From: Nitrospinales bacterium
Lineage (GTDB): Bacteria; Nitrospinota; Nitrospinia; Nitrospinales; VA-1
Reading direction: 5' to 3'
Assembly (NCBI GenBank): GCA_965262115.1
Contig: OZ253496.1
Span: forward strand, 704,001-768,000
DNA: 64,000 nt
Positions 1 through 10,578 of this stretch are shown one piece after another; position 1 is the first letter of the stretch; every line of letters starts with the position of its first letter. The notes below the pieces were generated by a model. That model ran no database searches. It was not told the DNA's origin and saw only the letters and a list, made by a program, of their open reading frames with translations. Position numbers and translations under genes: made by a program.

Positions 1-1
1 T

Positions 2-547
2 GCGGTCCATAACAAAAAAGAAATTGCCCTTTATATCCATTGGGATGACCCCTCTCTCGACCCGGCGCTAAAAAAATTGACCCCCGTCAAAGAATCACCC
101 GTGCCGCCACTGCCAGAAAGCATGAAAGGCCACAAGGAACCAGAAGAACCCCTGGAACCAACTATCCCCGACTACCCGGATGCTATTGCGGTGCAGTTCC
201 CTATCAATCTGGATACCCACAAACCCTACTTCCTCAATGGCGATGCCGATCACCCTGTCAACCTTTGGAAATGGACATCTTCCACTAATAAAGCGACAAA
301 GATACACGCCAGCGGAATAGAAAACTGGTTTGAGGAGGAAAAGTCTTCGGTCAAAGTTAAAGGGAGTTTCAGCTATGGCAGGTATTCAGTAATTTTAAAA
401 CGCGCCTTCAAAGAAGATGACGATGACATCCAGTTCCAAACCGGCAGACCCATCCCCATCGCCTTCAATGTCTGGGACGGATACGCCGAAGAATCCGGCA
501 ATAAAAAATCCATCTCCTCCTGGTTCACCCTCTGGCTCGACGAGTAA
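2..547 (+). CDS. C-terminal part of an ethylbenzene-dehydrogenase-gamma-like (EB_dh) heme b-binding protein; gene begins left of the window
   Basis: Frame is open from base 2 (AVHNKKEIALYIHWDDPS...). Motifs PDAIAVQFP, NLWKW and PIAFNVWDG...KKSISSW are typical of the family. Confidence 0.75.
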   Translation, partial: AVHNKKEIALYIHWDDPSLDPALKKLTPVKESPVPPLPESMKGHKEPEEPLEPTIPDYPDAIAVQFPINLDTHKPYFLNGDADHPVNLWKWTSSTNKATKIHASGIENWFEEEKSSVKVKGSFSYGRYSVILKRAFKEDDDDIQFQTGRPIPIAFNVWDGYAEESGNKKSISSWFTLWLDE

Positions 548-548
548 C

Positions 549-632
549 CCCGTAGCCGGGGAGGCCGATAGCAATAGCCCGTTGAGCAGCCATAACTCTT
601 TGCTCGCCAGCGAGAGTCATTGCAAATGGGCC
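549..632 (+). repeat. Dispersed hairpin repeat family A copy
   Basis: GATAGCAATAGC...ACTCTTTGCTCGCCAGCGAGAGTCATTGC aligns by eye with copies at 10571, 35934, 41371 and 42484. Confidence 0.55.
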
Positions 633-726
633 CACTCCTCGTGACGGGAGAGTTTGATATAATCCCCTATTGCGATAATCCAATAAAATTGTAACCAAGC
701 AGTAACTTTCCCCCTGACAGGTGAAA

Positions 727-1653
727 ATGACAGGAAAAATAAAAAGAGTTGGTTTGCGGGAGGTTTGGAAACATGAGGCGAAAGATTTTGCAATTTGGCT
801 TGAGGAAAACTGACATTCTTAACGATGTGATAGACCTTGAACTAACTAGCGCTGAACGTGAAAAATCCGTTGGAACATTTAACGTTGATTTGGTTGCTGA
901 AGACAAATCCGGAAAACTTATAATAATTGAAAATCAATTAGAAAAAAGCAATCACGACCACCTAGGAAAAGTAATCACTTATCTCACCAACTTAGAAGCG
1001 ATAGCCGCTATTTGGATTGTTAAAGAGCCTCGACCCGAACATATTAGAGCTATTTCTTGGTTAAATGAAAGCAGTACAGCTGCATTTTATTTAATCAAAT
1101 TAGAAGCCATAAAAATATGGGCATCTGACTCAGCACCGCTTCTTACGTTGATTGTAGGCCCCAGCGAAGAGGGCAAGCAAATTGGAACGACCAAAAATGG
1201 TTTGGCAGAGAGACATGTTTTAAGGAAAAGGTTTTGGAAACAGTTGTTGGATTGCGCTAAAAATTATTCAAAATTACATTCAAATATTTCACCGAGCTTG
1301 TCAAATTGGGTTGCGGCAGGCTCAGGTAAAAGCGGGATAATTTATAGTTATGTTATTAACAACAATGATGCATCGGTGGAACTATATATTGATCGCGGAA
1401 AAGATAATGAAAAAAAAATGAGAAAATTTTTGACACTTCGGCTAAAAAGTCTAAGGACATCGAAAGTTCCTTTGGTCGTCCTTTAGACTGGCAACGTCTT
1501 GAGGGAAGACAGGCTTGCCGAATCAAGTTTAGTATTACTGGAGGAGGTATTGGGAATGAGGACAAATGTCCTGAAATACAAAAAGCCATGGTAGATTCCA
1601 TGACCCGGTTAGAAAAAGCCCTTCGACCTCATGTTAAAGGTTTAAAAATATGA
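727..1653 (+). pseudogene. DUF4268-domain protein with N-terminal PD-(D/E)xK-like region, two frameshifts
   Basis: ATG at 727 gives MTGKIKRVGLREVWKHEAKDFAIWLEEN. A shift near 810 enters the 749..1486 frame (DLVAED..IIIENQLEKSNHDHLGK). A shift in the A-run near 1410-1418 gives NEKIFD...PLDWQRLEGRQACRI...KGLKI* ending at 1653. Confidence 0.75.
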
Positions 1654-1781
1654 GCTAATGTAAATCACCCCGACCCATCGAACAAAACGTATTCCTATTG
1701 TTCGAGTTTAAAAAAGAGGGCGCAATCGAGGGCCTCAACACGACATCAGGTTAAACCCACTTGTGATCAATCACACCTGCA

Positions 1782-1879
1782 CGTCGTCGCGAGCCGCGAA
1801 GCGGCGCGGCGATCCAGACTTCATAACAAACCCCTATGGATTTACCACTTCTGGATTGCTTCGCTCTGCTCGCAAAGAC
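1782..1879. repeat. CGTC-type REP-like inverted pair
   Basis: CGTCGTCGCGAG...GGCGATCCAG (1782-1816) is inverted against CTGGATTGCTTCG...CTCGCAAAGAC (1851-1879). Confidence 0.55.
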
Positions 1880-1976
1880 AACTTGGGCCAACCCTCCCTC
1901 AAGCCGAGACAATCTATTGTTTGCTAGATAAAGTTATTGCAATTTGAGTCCAGCGCCACGCTGGTGCGCCGAGCAC

Positions 1977-2014
1977 AAAAAAAAACAGCACCGGAACCGA
2001 AGTTCCGACGCTGT
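1977..2014 (-). terminator. Probable intrinsic terminator downstream of the 2136..2954 gene
   Basis: ACAGC..GGAAC-cgaa-GTTCC..GCTGT stem preceded by an A-run, which is the U-tract on the minus strand. Confidence 0.5.
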
Positions 2015-2135
2015 AATTTTTAAGGGTGTCTCTAATAATTCACTGTTTTATGTTTTGGCAATTCGTGCGCCCTTTCTTTCAAAGGTCGCACTCATGGCCT
2101 CGAACAATCTATAGAAATTCCCTTTTAAACTTTTC

Positions 2136-2954
2136 TTACTTCTTGGCGGTCAGCGTAAAATCAGCTTTAGCTGCACCATCTGCTACGGTAACTTCCATAG
2201 TAGACTCGCCAACATAAGGTTGCCATGCCGTCACTTTGTATGTACCGGCAGGAATTCCCTCAATCTTGAAAGTCCCGTCAGCACCCGTAACCGCGTAATA
2301 AGGGTTCCACACGATTCGTGCATCGGCTTCCATGAAGTTGTGCTGGTCGCACTGCAGGAAGAAATGTTTATCCTTTTTCTGCTTGAAGCGAGCCAGGTTC
2401 TTGGTCACGTCCGCAACATCACCCTTACTTGGCAGAGGCTTGTTGAACAGAGTTTTGCGGCTTGCACCCACAATGGAATATCCATGCGGGTTGTGCAAAA
2501 TTTCCTCATCCCGATTCGTGATTGTCACCAGGCCACCTGTTTTTTTCTCTGCTTTGGTAGCCTTGCGAACAGCACCCATTTTCTGGACAATATCGCATTT
2601 TTCGAAATCGAAAGCCATTTTGCCCCCATCACCCCAAGGCTTTCCGGCTTTAATATTTTCGATAAATACCACCGCGTCTTTCAATTTACCGCCCACAGCT
2701 GAAACTTTGATACGGGGCCGAATTCCACCCTCTTTGGTATCAGGATGTGTGACACAGAACTCAACGTTTTTACCTTTGTTCAAGTCTTCCATGATCGGGG
2801 CCGGGGCATCCCCCTTTAGCATTACCGTGCCTGTGATGGAGCCTGCGCCTGCTGCACCCTCTGCATACTTAGGCTTCTTTGCCGCAAAACCGGTGGACGC
2901 TCCCAATACCAATGACAGGGAAGCCACCATTACACCTAAAACAATCTTCTTCAT
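2136..2954 (-). CDS. Periplasmic carboxypeptidase-regulatory-like domain protein with a cupredoxin-type ligand set
   Basis: RBS GGAGG precedes MKKIVLG at 2954; signal peptide; GSITGTV, LHNPH, CDQHNFM and YAVTGADGTFKIEGIPAGTYKVTAW motifs. Confidence 0.7.
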   Translation of the reverse strand: MKKIVLGVMVASLSLVLGASTGFAAKKPKYAEGAAGAGSITGTVMLKGDAPAPIMEDLNKGKNVEFCVTHPDTKEGGIRPRIKVSAVGGKLKDAVVFIENIKAGKPWGDGGKMAFDFEKCDIVQKMGAVRKATKAEKKTGGLVTITNRDEEILHNPHGYSIVGASRKTLFNKPLPSKGDVADVTKNLARFKQKKDKHFFLQCDQHNFMEADARIVWNPYYAVTGADGTFKIEGIPAGTYKVTAWQPYVGESTMEVTVADGAAKADFTLTAKK

Positions 2955-3093
2955 TTCTTTCGTCCCTCCTTCAATTAGGAAATCAAAAAATATACACCGC
3001 ACACAATGATACATGTCTCTCTAAAAATCCACGAAACCACCAGCTTTTGAGAATGCCGGAATTGTAGCATAAAGAATCCGCTGTTATAATGTT

Positions 3094-3123
3094 AAAAAGG
3101 GGCCCCATCAAGAGGCCCCCTTT
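3094..3123 (-). terminator. Intrinsic terminator after the multicopper oxidase
   Basis: AAAAAGGGGCC-ccatcaaga-GGCCCCCTTT hairpin. Confidence 0.55.
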
Positions 3124-3157
3124 CACTTTTCTTAAAATAACTACCAAAAACCGGCAA

Positions 3158-6100
3158 TTATCTCATTGACAGCTTATCATCCCCAGCTTTGGAAGCGGAT
3201 TTCTCCCCTTCTTCCGGCTGAGATGCGGTTTTCACACCCTTCACTGTCGCTTTACCCAGCGGCAGGATGGAACGATCACCCACAGGCAATACCTTGAAAT
3301 AACCCCATTGGCCTGCCTGTTGGTATGGCGTTCGAGCATTCAACCACAGGTAGGTGCCGGGGTTATTGTAGGTTCCACCGGCCTTGGTGTAGGCCTGAAT
3401 GTACTCGCCCGCACCAAACTGCTCGGCATCAATCATGTCAGAACCATTCTGATCCATATGGCGCCGCCACTGGTGGCCATCCATATTGAACACCTGGTTC
3501 TGCTCATTATGAGCCCCAAAAATGTTGATCATTATCTGATCCCCAGCATGGGCTTTCAGAGTCGGTGTTGCTGGATCAGAATCCGCCGCAACACAAGCCG
3601 TGAACATATTACCCAGTTCACAACCCTCGTCTTCACGATAGAGCCATGGTTCCAAGCGGTAGTTCACACCCGTCAACCCTGCTACGTTCTGCAGGTAAGG
3701 CATGAAAGATGTACCGATGATGTTGTCTTCATCCTGGAAGTACAACGCAAAGTCTCGGTAGTTATCGATTTTCGCGTTTTCAGGGTAGGACTTATCAATG
3801 ATGACATCCGCTTTCCAGGAATTACCGAGAGAGATGTCTTTCCCGGTCTCCGGATCACGGTACACCGAACCACGCGGCCCGATGATGATACCGCCATATA
3901 AACCATCGCGAATATTTGTCAGCAGGTTACCGAAATCCCATAACAACGAACCATTGATTTTGAACTCAGGGTGCGCGTAGAACGTATAGGTTTTCGATTT
4001 ACCCGGAGCCACCGTCTGGTCGCCCGGATTGTTCCCGACGTTGATGCCCTGAGAATCCTTGGGATCGAACGCGATGTTATTAGCATGAATCGATGCGTTG
4101 CCTTTTTTCAGGCGGTTGGTCAGCTTGATCTTGACACAATCACCGATATTGACACGCAGGGTCAACGGATGCGGCATGTGGCCATCGTCAGCAGCCTGTT
4201 TGACTTCGCCTTCCAGAGCGTAAATTTTCGCACTGGCATTAGCAAGAAGCAGTTTGCGTTCAAAGTCCACTTCGATCTCATCTTCAGCGCTGGGATGAAA
4301 CTTCAACGCTTTGTCAATCGCGACAACACTGAAGTTTTTAACCGGAGCGCCTTTCGGGCACACAGTCTTCTTAACTTTTTTCTTAAAGTCTGTGTTGCCA
4401 GGGAGGATTTTCAGATCTTTCTGAACTTCATCATGCACACGGATAATTCCCCAACTCCCTTCAGACAACTTGGAGGTTCGTCCGTTGTAGTACAGATAAT
4501 CACCCGCCATTTGCTGAAAACCACCCGCTTTGGTGGGCAGGTCATAACGCTCAGCAATGCCAATATGAATGGTGTTTGTCACGCGGGAGTCCCGGTCATA
4601 ACGCTCCGGCCGGTAACCATGACCTGACACGACAAAGGTATGGGTCTCATTCTGCATACCCGCCAAAAGCCTGAAGACAATATTGTCTCCTACATAAGCT
4701 CTCAACATGGGTGTAGAAGGATCACCATGCACCTTACTGCTGAACAGTTTGGAAGCGTCTTTGTTGCTTGCAATTCTTGCGGCCAAAGAAGCAGCCCTGA
4801 AATTGAAAGCACCCCCTGTTGTATGGGTTCCACCATTCAACAAGGGAAAGGCAACTTCCAGCATGTCAGTAGGCATCTGGAAGGAAATCGATTGTCCCGC
4901 GGCGATCGCGTTTTCACGTGACAGCCCCGGCGGATTTCCTGCAGTCACCAACTGAGCAGTATGAGGAACGGTGTCACTCACCTGGGCCACCAATTCACGG
5001 AAACTTCCTTGAGTGTTGTAGCCAACAATTTCAGTACTATGAATATCAGCTACCGGTCCACTGCGAATCAGCTTGCCAGTTGTGGGATCATGGTACGTAG
5101 ACCCCCAAGGCTCAGCAATGGTAGACCCGATTCCGCCGTGCGGCCAAGTGGTCGCGCCGAACGCATGATCATGCCAGAACACCAGACCCATATCAACATC
5201 CACCCACCAGCGATAACGCACATATTCAGTCGTGACGATATGACCTGCTGCATGCGCATGCGTCATTCCCTCAGAGAACTTGATGGTGTATTTGCCATCT
5301 TTTGCTGGGCCTTTATTCGGATCAGGCGTGATGTTTGTGATCCAGCGTGCGTCCTTGCCATTGGGAACTTCGATACCAACAATGATATCAGCTCCAACAT
5401 GGTAGGTGGGCGAACCCTTTGCCATCTGAACCTGGATCGTGCTGTCACCCGGTTTCGTCGCCTTCAACAACTTGGCGTTCATCGGAACCGGCATGCCAAC
5501 ATGATGTCCGTCTTTCATCTTCTTGGTAAACTGCTTGTAAGACCTCATCGACTGGTCATAAGAGAATCCAGTGATTACGCCATCTGAGGCCTGGTTGTCG
5601 AACTGGAAGAAATGTGGATGGATGTTAACTTTAGACATCTGGAAATTAGTAAAGTCATCATCATCCCATTCACTTGAAAGCAGGACATCCACGCAGTCAT
5701 AAACATTTGCGCGAATGACCAATGGAATGGCTTTTTTAGGATCTGCTTTTTTCTCAGCCATTTCTTCATCAATCACATAGATCAAACCGTATTTATCAAT
5801 GACCGGCGGGGTTTTCCCAATCTGTCCGGCAAGCTCGATCGGAGTGTTGATGAAGTGCAGGTTGTACTGTTTGCGTCCAGCACCTCGGGGACAAAGGCTC
5901 CATCGGCCCTGTTCACCCGGTTTGGCACCACCCGTATTCTCCATATCGGGACCACTTCGCGCACTCCCGGATTCCGTCTTAGTAATAACCTCCGGATCGG
6001 TCTGCATATGGAATGGCTCCAGCCAGGGAGCGCCACCATGGTTTCGCGCAAAAGGAACACGCTTACCAAAATGCGGTGTCAGATGAGGCCACGCCAGTTT

Positions 6101-8110
6101 GCCATGTTGGTCAAACTGAATCGGATGGCGTTTACCAGGATGCGGAGTTTTAAATTTCGGCCATTTAGTAACCGTTTCCCGCTCAGACATGGCCTTATTA
6201 CCTTTCCAGCCATAATCCAATACAGAACCGTCGTACGCCTTGATCTGTTTGATCTGATCATCATGATGACCCGGTTGGCCCTTGGGCGGAAGCATGTACT
6301 TCACCCAGTCCTTGATATTGACGACCGGGATTTCTTTCGACCAGTCACTTTTTCCTTTTCCTACAATTTTAAACTTCTTGCCAAACCAGTCCATGGTTTT
6401 ACCGACCAGCTTGTCTGAAGTTTGTCCTTTGGGAATTCTTCCCGCACGATCAGGAAGTTCTTTCAAGGGACGCATGATATCGGTGCTTTCAAACGGATAG
6501 TTGCCCGTCTGCAGGATGTTGTAAACCCTCCAATAGCCCCACATACCTGCTACGTAATGATGCGCAACGTGACAATGGAACAGGAAGTCCCCTGCCAGAC
6601 GTTGACAAAGTCCGGATCCACATTCCGTTTCCAGATCCATAACTTCTGAAGGACCAATGACTTGAACGTCAACACGAGCTGAAGTTGTTCTTACAACAGG
6701 ATACTTAACAGGACCGTCATAAGCCGCTGTGGTCAGGTTCAGCAACTGCTGAGCTTCACGTTGTGGAGAACGGGTCCAACGAATGGTTCCACCATGCGGA
6801 TGATGGGAATGGAAAACTTCACCACCGCCATGCACGAGGCGGAATTTTGCCGGATCACCCAGATAGGAACGGGGAATCGTGGTCGGAGCATCTCCGAAAG
6901 TGTAAGAGCTGTAAGCCAGAGATTCGTCTTCAAAATGAAATTTCTTTTCCTGAACAGCCAGGTTGTTGATACCAAACGGCTCGGAGCGGAAATTCAAAGC
7001 GCGTGCAGAAGGACGGTATGCGTCTGTCTGCGGATCACGTTGAGGGATCATTTCGCCATGACGGTTGAGGGGGCGAAAAGATTCGTCACCCACTTCGTGG
7101 TACATCAGAGTAAATTCCCGAAAATCCTTGGCATTGTCATTGACAATCATGGCCATCCAGCCGCTTTCCAGCGGACCACCGGTCCATGGATCCAAGTAAC
7201 GGGCACCTCTCGGCTCAACAATAAACGTTCCGATCAATCCCAGAGAAGAAGGATCACGACCCGCATGATTCTGAATCATGTGACCACCTTCCTGCTCATC
7301 GATTGGGATGTACCACTCATAGTCTTGTGACTCTTCGGCCGCCACAATGGAGCCCGGAGTCGCCGCCGTGTTGGGTTGACCGCTGGAACTGATGATCATA
7401 GCGGACCCATTAATCTGAAAACCCGCGTCCTCATCTTCCAACTGGTTCGTAAATTTAACGCGGACACATTCTCCCTGATTACCTCTGATAACTAAGGGTT
7501 GAATGGCATCGCCTTGAAGGCCGTTAGAAACCGCACCGGGATCCATTCCGTATTCACGAGCGGCTGCATTTTTTTCCTCTTCAGCGCGGACTTTATCAAT
7601 GTTCTTATCCAGAACATACATATAGCCTGGGTAGTAATCGCCCCATTGGTTGAGAGTGACTTCCACATTAATCGCCGAGATATTATATTGTTTTACGGGA
7701 ATGTTGCTGGGACAGTGGGCACCTTTATATACTTTTGCTGCCGCTTCCGTTGGCCCGAGGAGATAGCTTTGTCCCAACTGATGGGCGGCCCAGGAGTCGT
7801 GAAAACCGCCACCGGATGAAGCCGGGCTGGCGTGTTCCTTGAGCTTGGATTTTAACTGGTCCATGATTCTCATCATGGTGTTGTCCAGTTTGCCCTGACT
7901 GCCTTCCATGCCGGACATTAGGTCTTCATGCTCAAGTTGTTTTTCAAGCTTTTCCAACCATGCGGGTTTGTCTACCGCAGCATTGCCGAGATTGTGACCG
8001 CCATGTGAATGGTCAGTCGAGACCGCGCCTGCCGGGACAGAAAGCCCCAAGGTCATAAGAATGACCGCAAACGCATGCCAGTTTTTCCATCCCTTTTTGA
8101 CACCAAACAT
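3158..8110 (-). CDS. Very large secreted multicopper oxidase (MnxG-like, multiple cupredoxin domains), 1650 aa
   Basis: Signal peptide; HSHHPH, HCHVAHHYVAGM, NIHPH and WHDH copper motifs; repeated PLVIRxNxGDCV cupredoxin openings. Confidence 0.85.
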   Translation of the reverse strand: MFGVKKGWKNWHAFAVILMTLGLSVPAGAVSTDHSHGGHNLGNAAVDKPAWLEKLEKQLEHEDLMSGMEGSQGKLDNTMMRIMDQLKSKLKEHASPASSGGGFHDSWAAHQLGQSYLLGPTEAAAKVYKGAHCPSNIPVKQYNISAINVEVTLNQWGDYYPGYMYVLDKNIDKVRAEEEKNAAAREYGMDPGAVSNGLQGDAIQPLVIRGNQGECVRVKFTNQLEDEDAGFQINGSAMIISSSGQPNTAATPGSIVAAEESQDYEWYIPIDEQEGGHMIQNHAGRDPSSLGLIGTFIVEPRGARYLDPWTGGPLESGWMAMIVNDNAKDFREFTLMYHEVGDESFRPLNRHGEMIPQRDPQTDAYRPSARALNFRSEPFGINNLAVQEKKFHFEDESLAYSSYTFGDAPTTIPRSYLGDPAKFRLVHGGGEVFHSHHPHGGTIRWTRSPQREAQQLLNLTTAAYDGPVKYPVVRTTSARVDVQVIGPSEVMDLETECGSGLCQRLAGDFLFHCHVAHHYVAGMWGYWRVYNILQTGNYPFESTDIMRPLKELPDRAGRIPKGQTSDKLVGKTMDWFGKKFKIVGKGKSDWSKEIPVVNIKDWVKYMLPPKGQPGHHDDQIKQIKAYDGSVLDYGWKGNKAMSERETVTKWPKFKTPHPGKRHPIQFDQHGKLAWPHLTPHFGKRVPFARNHGGAPWLEPFHMQTDPEVITKTESGSARSGPDMENTGGAKPGEQGRWSLCPRGAGRKQYNLHFINTPIELAGQIGKTPPVIDKYGLIYVIDEEMAEKKADPKKAIPLVIRANVYDCVDVLLSSEWDDDDFTNFQMSKVNIHPHFFQFDNQASDGVITGFSYDQSMRSYKQFTKKMKDGHHVGMPVPMNAKLLKATKPGDSTIQVQMAKGSPTYHVGADIIVGIEVPNGKDARWITNITPDPNKGPAKDGKYTIKFSEGMTHAHAAGHIVTTEYVRYRWWVDVDMGLVFWHDHAFGATTWPHGGIGSTIAEPWGSTYHDPTTGKLIRSGPVADIHSTEIVGYNTQGSFRELVAQVSDTVPHTAQLVTAGNPPGLSRENAIAAGQSISFQMPTDMLEVAFPLLNGGTHTTGGAFNFRAASLAARIASNKDASKLFSSKVHGDPSTPMLRAYVGDNIVFRLLAGMQNETHTFVVSGHGYRPERYDRDSRVTNTIHIGIAERYDLPTKAGGFQQMAGDYLYYNGRTSKLSEGSWGIIRVHDEVQKDLKILPGNTDFKKKVKKTVCPKGAPVKNFSVVAIDKALKFHPSAEDEIEVDFERKLLLANASAKIYALEGEVKQAADDGHMPHPLTLRVNIGDCVKIKLTNRLKKGNASIHANNIAFDPKDSQGINVGNNPGDQTVAPGKSKTYTFYAHPEFKINGSLLWDFGNLLTNIRDGLYGGIIIGPRGSVYRDPETGKDISLGNSWKADVIIDKSYPENAKIDNYRDFALYFQDEDNIIGTSFMPYLQNVAGLTGVNYRLEPWLYREDEGCELGNMFTACVAADSDPATPTLKAHAGDQIMINIFGAHNEQNQVFNMDGHQWRRHMDQNGSDMIDAEQFGAGEYIQAYTKAGGTYNNPGTYLWLNARTPYQQAGQWGYFKVLPVGDRSILPLGKATVKGVKTASQPEEGEKSASKAGDDKLSMR

Positions 8111-8324
8111 TTGCTACCTCCTAGTAGTGCGTCTAAAAATGGCTAAACAAAAACCGTTGAATGTAGTTTTTTTCTGAATCTATATAGCGGCCCCTTCCAC
8201 CCCCTAAAATGGTAGGCCAAAAAATTTAACCCCTTATATCAAAAGGTTTATAAGATTTCTTGTGTAAAACAAAACATCCCCGCAGACAAAAACCTTGCAT
8301 TTTGGGTGCGCCAATTTAACAAAT

Positions 8325-9698
8325 TTAATTTTCCCTGACAAGCCCCAAATGAAACTTTTTATCATTTCTCCAAACCAACAGAAAAATCGCACTTCCTTTG
8401 TTAATTTTGCCTAATAATCGGTCAAAATCGGGCTGATTTTCAACGACCTCTCCATTGACCGCCGTGATCAGGTCCCCAGACAGCAACCCCTTCAAGCCAG
8501 CAGGACTCTCCGGGTTGACGCTGGACACCAGAGCCCCGGCAGGCAAATGCGTTCCCTTTGCCGGATCCTCCACGCTGAACCCCAGTCCCGATGGACTTAA
8601 AGGCGACAAATTGGCCAATTGGGTAGTGTTTCTCTTCCTCGATTCCAGTTTGACCGACACCATTTGGGATTTGCCGTCCCGCAGAATATCCAGATTGATG
8701 GTCTGCCCCGGCGTGATCGCCCCAATCACTCGAATCATTTTATTCGGGGAATCAATGTGAGATCCGCCAATCTTCAGAATGATATCGCCTATTTTGAGAC
8801 CCGCTCGATCAGCCGGGTCGCCCTCAAAAATAGAATTGATGATGACCCCTTTTCCCTCCTGCACATTAACTCGTTGGGCAACCTCCTCGGTTACAGGGTC
8901 AATGCCGACCCCCAGCCAGCCGCGATGCACCTCGCCATTTGCCACCAATTGTTCCACCACATGCTTGACCATATTGGATGGAATAGAAAAACCGATGCTC
9001 TGGGCGTAATTAATGATCGCTGTGTTGATGCCAATCACTTCCCCTTTGATGTTCAAGAGAGGTCCACCGCTACTGCCCGGGTTGATAGAAGCATCGGTCT
9101 GCAGGAAATCTTCATAACGAGAGAGATTGACATTTTCCCTCTTCAGTCCGCTGATAATGCCAAAAGTGGTGGTGTCATTAAGTCCATACGGATTGCCCAC
9201 CGCGACCACCAGTTGACCGACGCGGACTTTACTGGAGTCTCCAAACTTAACTTCGGTCAACGGCTTGTCGGAGGATACATGAATCACGGCGAGATCGGTG
9301 TCTTCATCGGTCCCCAGCACTTCACCGATGATCTCCCGGCCATCCTTAAAGGTCACCTTGATTTTGTTAACATTGCGCACCACATGACTGTTGGTGACAA
9401 TAAGGCCCTTTTCAGCATTGTAGACAACCCCTGCTCCGGCATTTGTGGGCCTGCCCCTGTTGGGCAGCCCCTGCCCGATAGCGCCTTTAGCAACATAAGG
9501 TGACAAGCTGACAACCGCAGGACGCACCTGATCCGCGAGTTCCACCAATTCGTTTTCCATCTGCTCCAAAATTCCCGCTTCGCCTGAAAAAGGAATCGCA
9601 AAAAGCAGAGCGGCAAAAAATAAAACAAATATCACCTGTAGGTTTTGTAATAGGTATTGAAAGAAATTCCCGGTTTTAGAAAAATAATGTTTCACCAT
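8325..9698 (-). CDS. HtrA/DegQ-family serine protease with two PDZ domains
   Basis: IVTNSHVV, TDLAVI, LQTDASINPGSSGGPL and RGWLGV motifs. Confidence 0.9.
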   Translation of the reverse strand: MVKHYFSKTGNFFQYLLQNLQVIFVLFFAALLFAIPFSGEAGILEQMENELVELADQVRPAVVSLSPYVAKGAIGQGLPNRGRPTNAGAGVVYNAEKGLIVTNSHVVRNVNKIKVTFKDGREIIGEVLGTDEDTDLAVIHVSSDKPLTEVKFGDSSKVRVGQLVVAVGNPYGLNDTTTFGIISGLKRENVNLSRYEDFLQTDASINPGSSGGPLLNIKGEVIGINTAIINYAQSIGFSIPSNMVKHVVEQLVANGEVHRGWLGVGIDPVTEEVAQRVNVQEGKGVIINSIFEGDPADRAGLKIGDIILKIGGSHIDSPNKMIRVIGAITPGQTINLDILRDGKSQMVSVKLESRKRNTTQLANLSPLSPSGLGFSVEDPAKGTHLPAGALVSSVNPESPAGLKGLLSGDLITAVNGEVVENQPDFDRLLGKINKGSAIFLLVWRNDKKFHLGLVREN

Positions 9699-9855
9699 TG
9701 ATCCGTTATCAAAGAAAAACGACAGAAGGTACGTTTTGAATGGAAAGAGCTTTAATGTTTTTTCGCTCCCAGAGCTTGATTTTTCGGCACGGGCATGAAA
9801 AAGTAAGAGGGTCGCTATCTAATGTAATTTCAATTTATATAAACTATCCATTCTC

Positions 9856-10578
9856 ATGTCAAGTGGGAAGCCCGTTATGACATTATCATCTATTGATTTC
9901 GAAGCTAAATCTGCGGAAGAACTGTTGCGTTGGAGTATGGACCAATATGGCGTTAAAGCTGGACTGGCATCCAGCTTCGGCATGGAAGACATGGTGCTCA
10001 TCGACATGATCGCCAAACTCGATGGCCCCCTCACCATCTTCACCCTCGATACCGGACGACTTCATGAAGAAACCTATGAAGTCATGGACCGGGTGCGATC
10101 CAAATATGGACTCGAAATCAAAACCTATTTTCCCGACCACAATGAAGTCGAGCGTCTGGTTCGGGAAAAAGGGTTTTTCTCGTTCCGTGAAAGCGTGGAC
10201 AACCGCAAGGAGTGTTGCTACATCCGCAAAGTGGAGCCGCTGAATAGAGCATTGGGAGAATTGAAAGCCTGGGTGACAGGATTAAGACGGGCCCAAGGGG
10301 TCACGCGGACAGATATCCCAAAAGTCATGGAAGATCCGGATCATCCTCCTTTAATAAAAATCAATCCTCTTGCGGAATGGACCGAGGAACAGGTATTGAC
10401 CTATATTACGGAACACAATGTTCCTATCAACGTCCTGCATAGAAGAAATTACCCCAGCATTGGTTGTGCCCCCTGCACACGTCCGGTAGAACCCGGTGAA
10501 GACATCCGCGCCGGGCGCTGGTGGTGGGAAAACCCGGAACATAAAGAATGTGGCCTCCACCAGCGTAACGCCCACTAG
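9856..10578 (+). CDS. cysH: APS/PAPS reductase, Fe-S-binding APS-reductase type
   Basis: LDTGRLH, CC-x-RKVEPL, YPSIGCAPCT, RAGRWWWE and KECGLH motifs. Confidence 0.93.
   Translation: MSSGKPVMTLSSIDFEAKSAEELLRWSMDQYGVKAGLASSFGMEDMVLIDMIAKLDGPLTIFTLDTGRLHEETYEVMDRVRSKYGLEIKTYFPDHNEVERLVREKGFFSFRESVDNRKECCYIRKVEPLNRALGELKAWVTGLRRAQGVTRTDIPKVMEDPDHPPLIKINPLAEWTEEQVLTYITEHNVPINVLHRRNYPSIGCAPCTRPVEPGEDIRAGRWWWENPEHKECGLHQRNAH

Noticed and set aside
549..1965. Possible integron cassette (attC-flanked DUF4268 gene)
   Set aside because: The flanking hairpins lack convincing RYYYAAC/GTTRRRY ends and no integron integrase is present in the window.
9060..9100. HtrA active-site motif GSSGG instead of GNSGG
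   Set aside because: The catalytic Ser, His and Asp are retained; minor variant.
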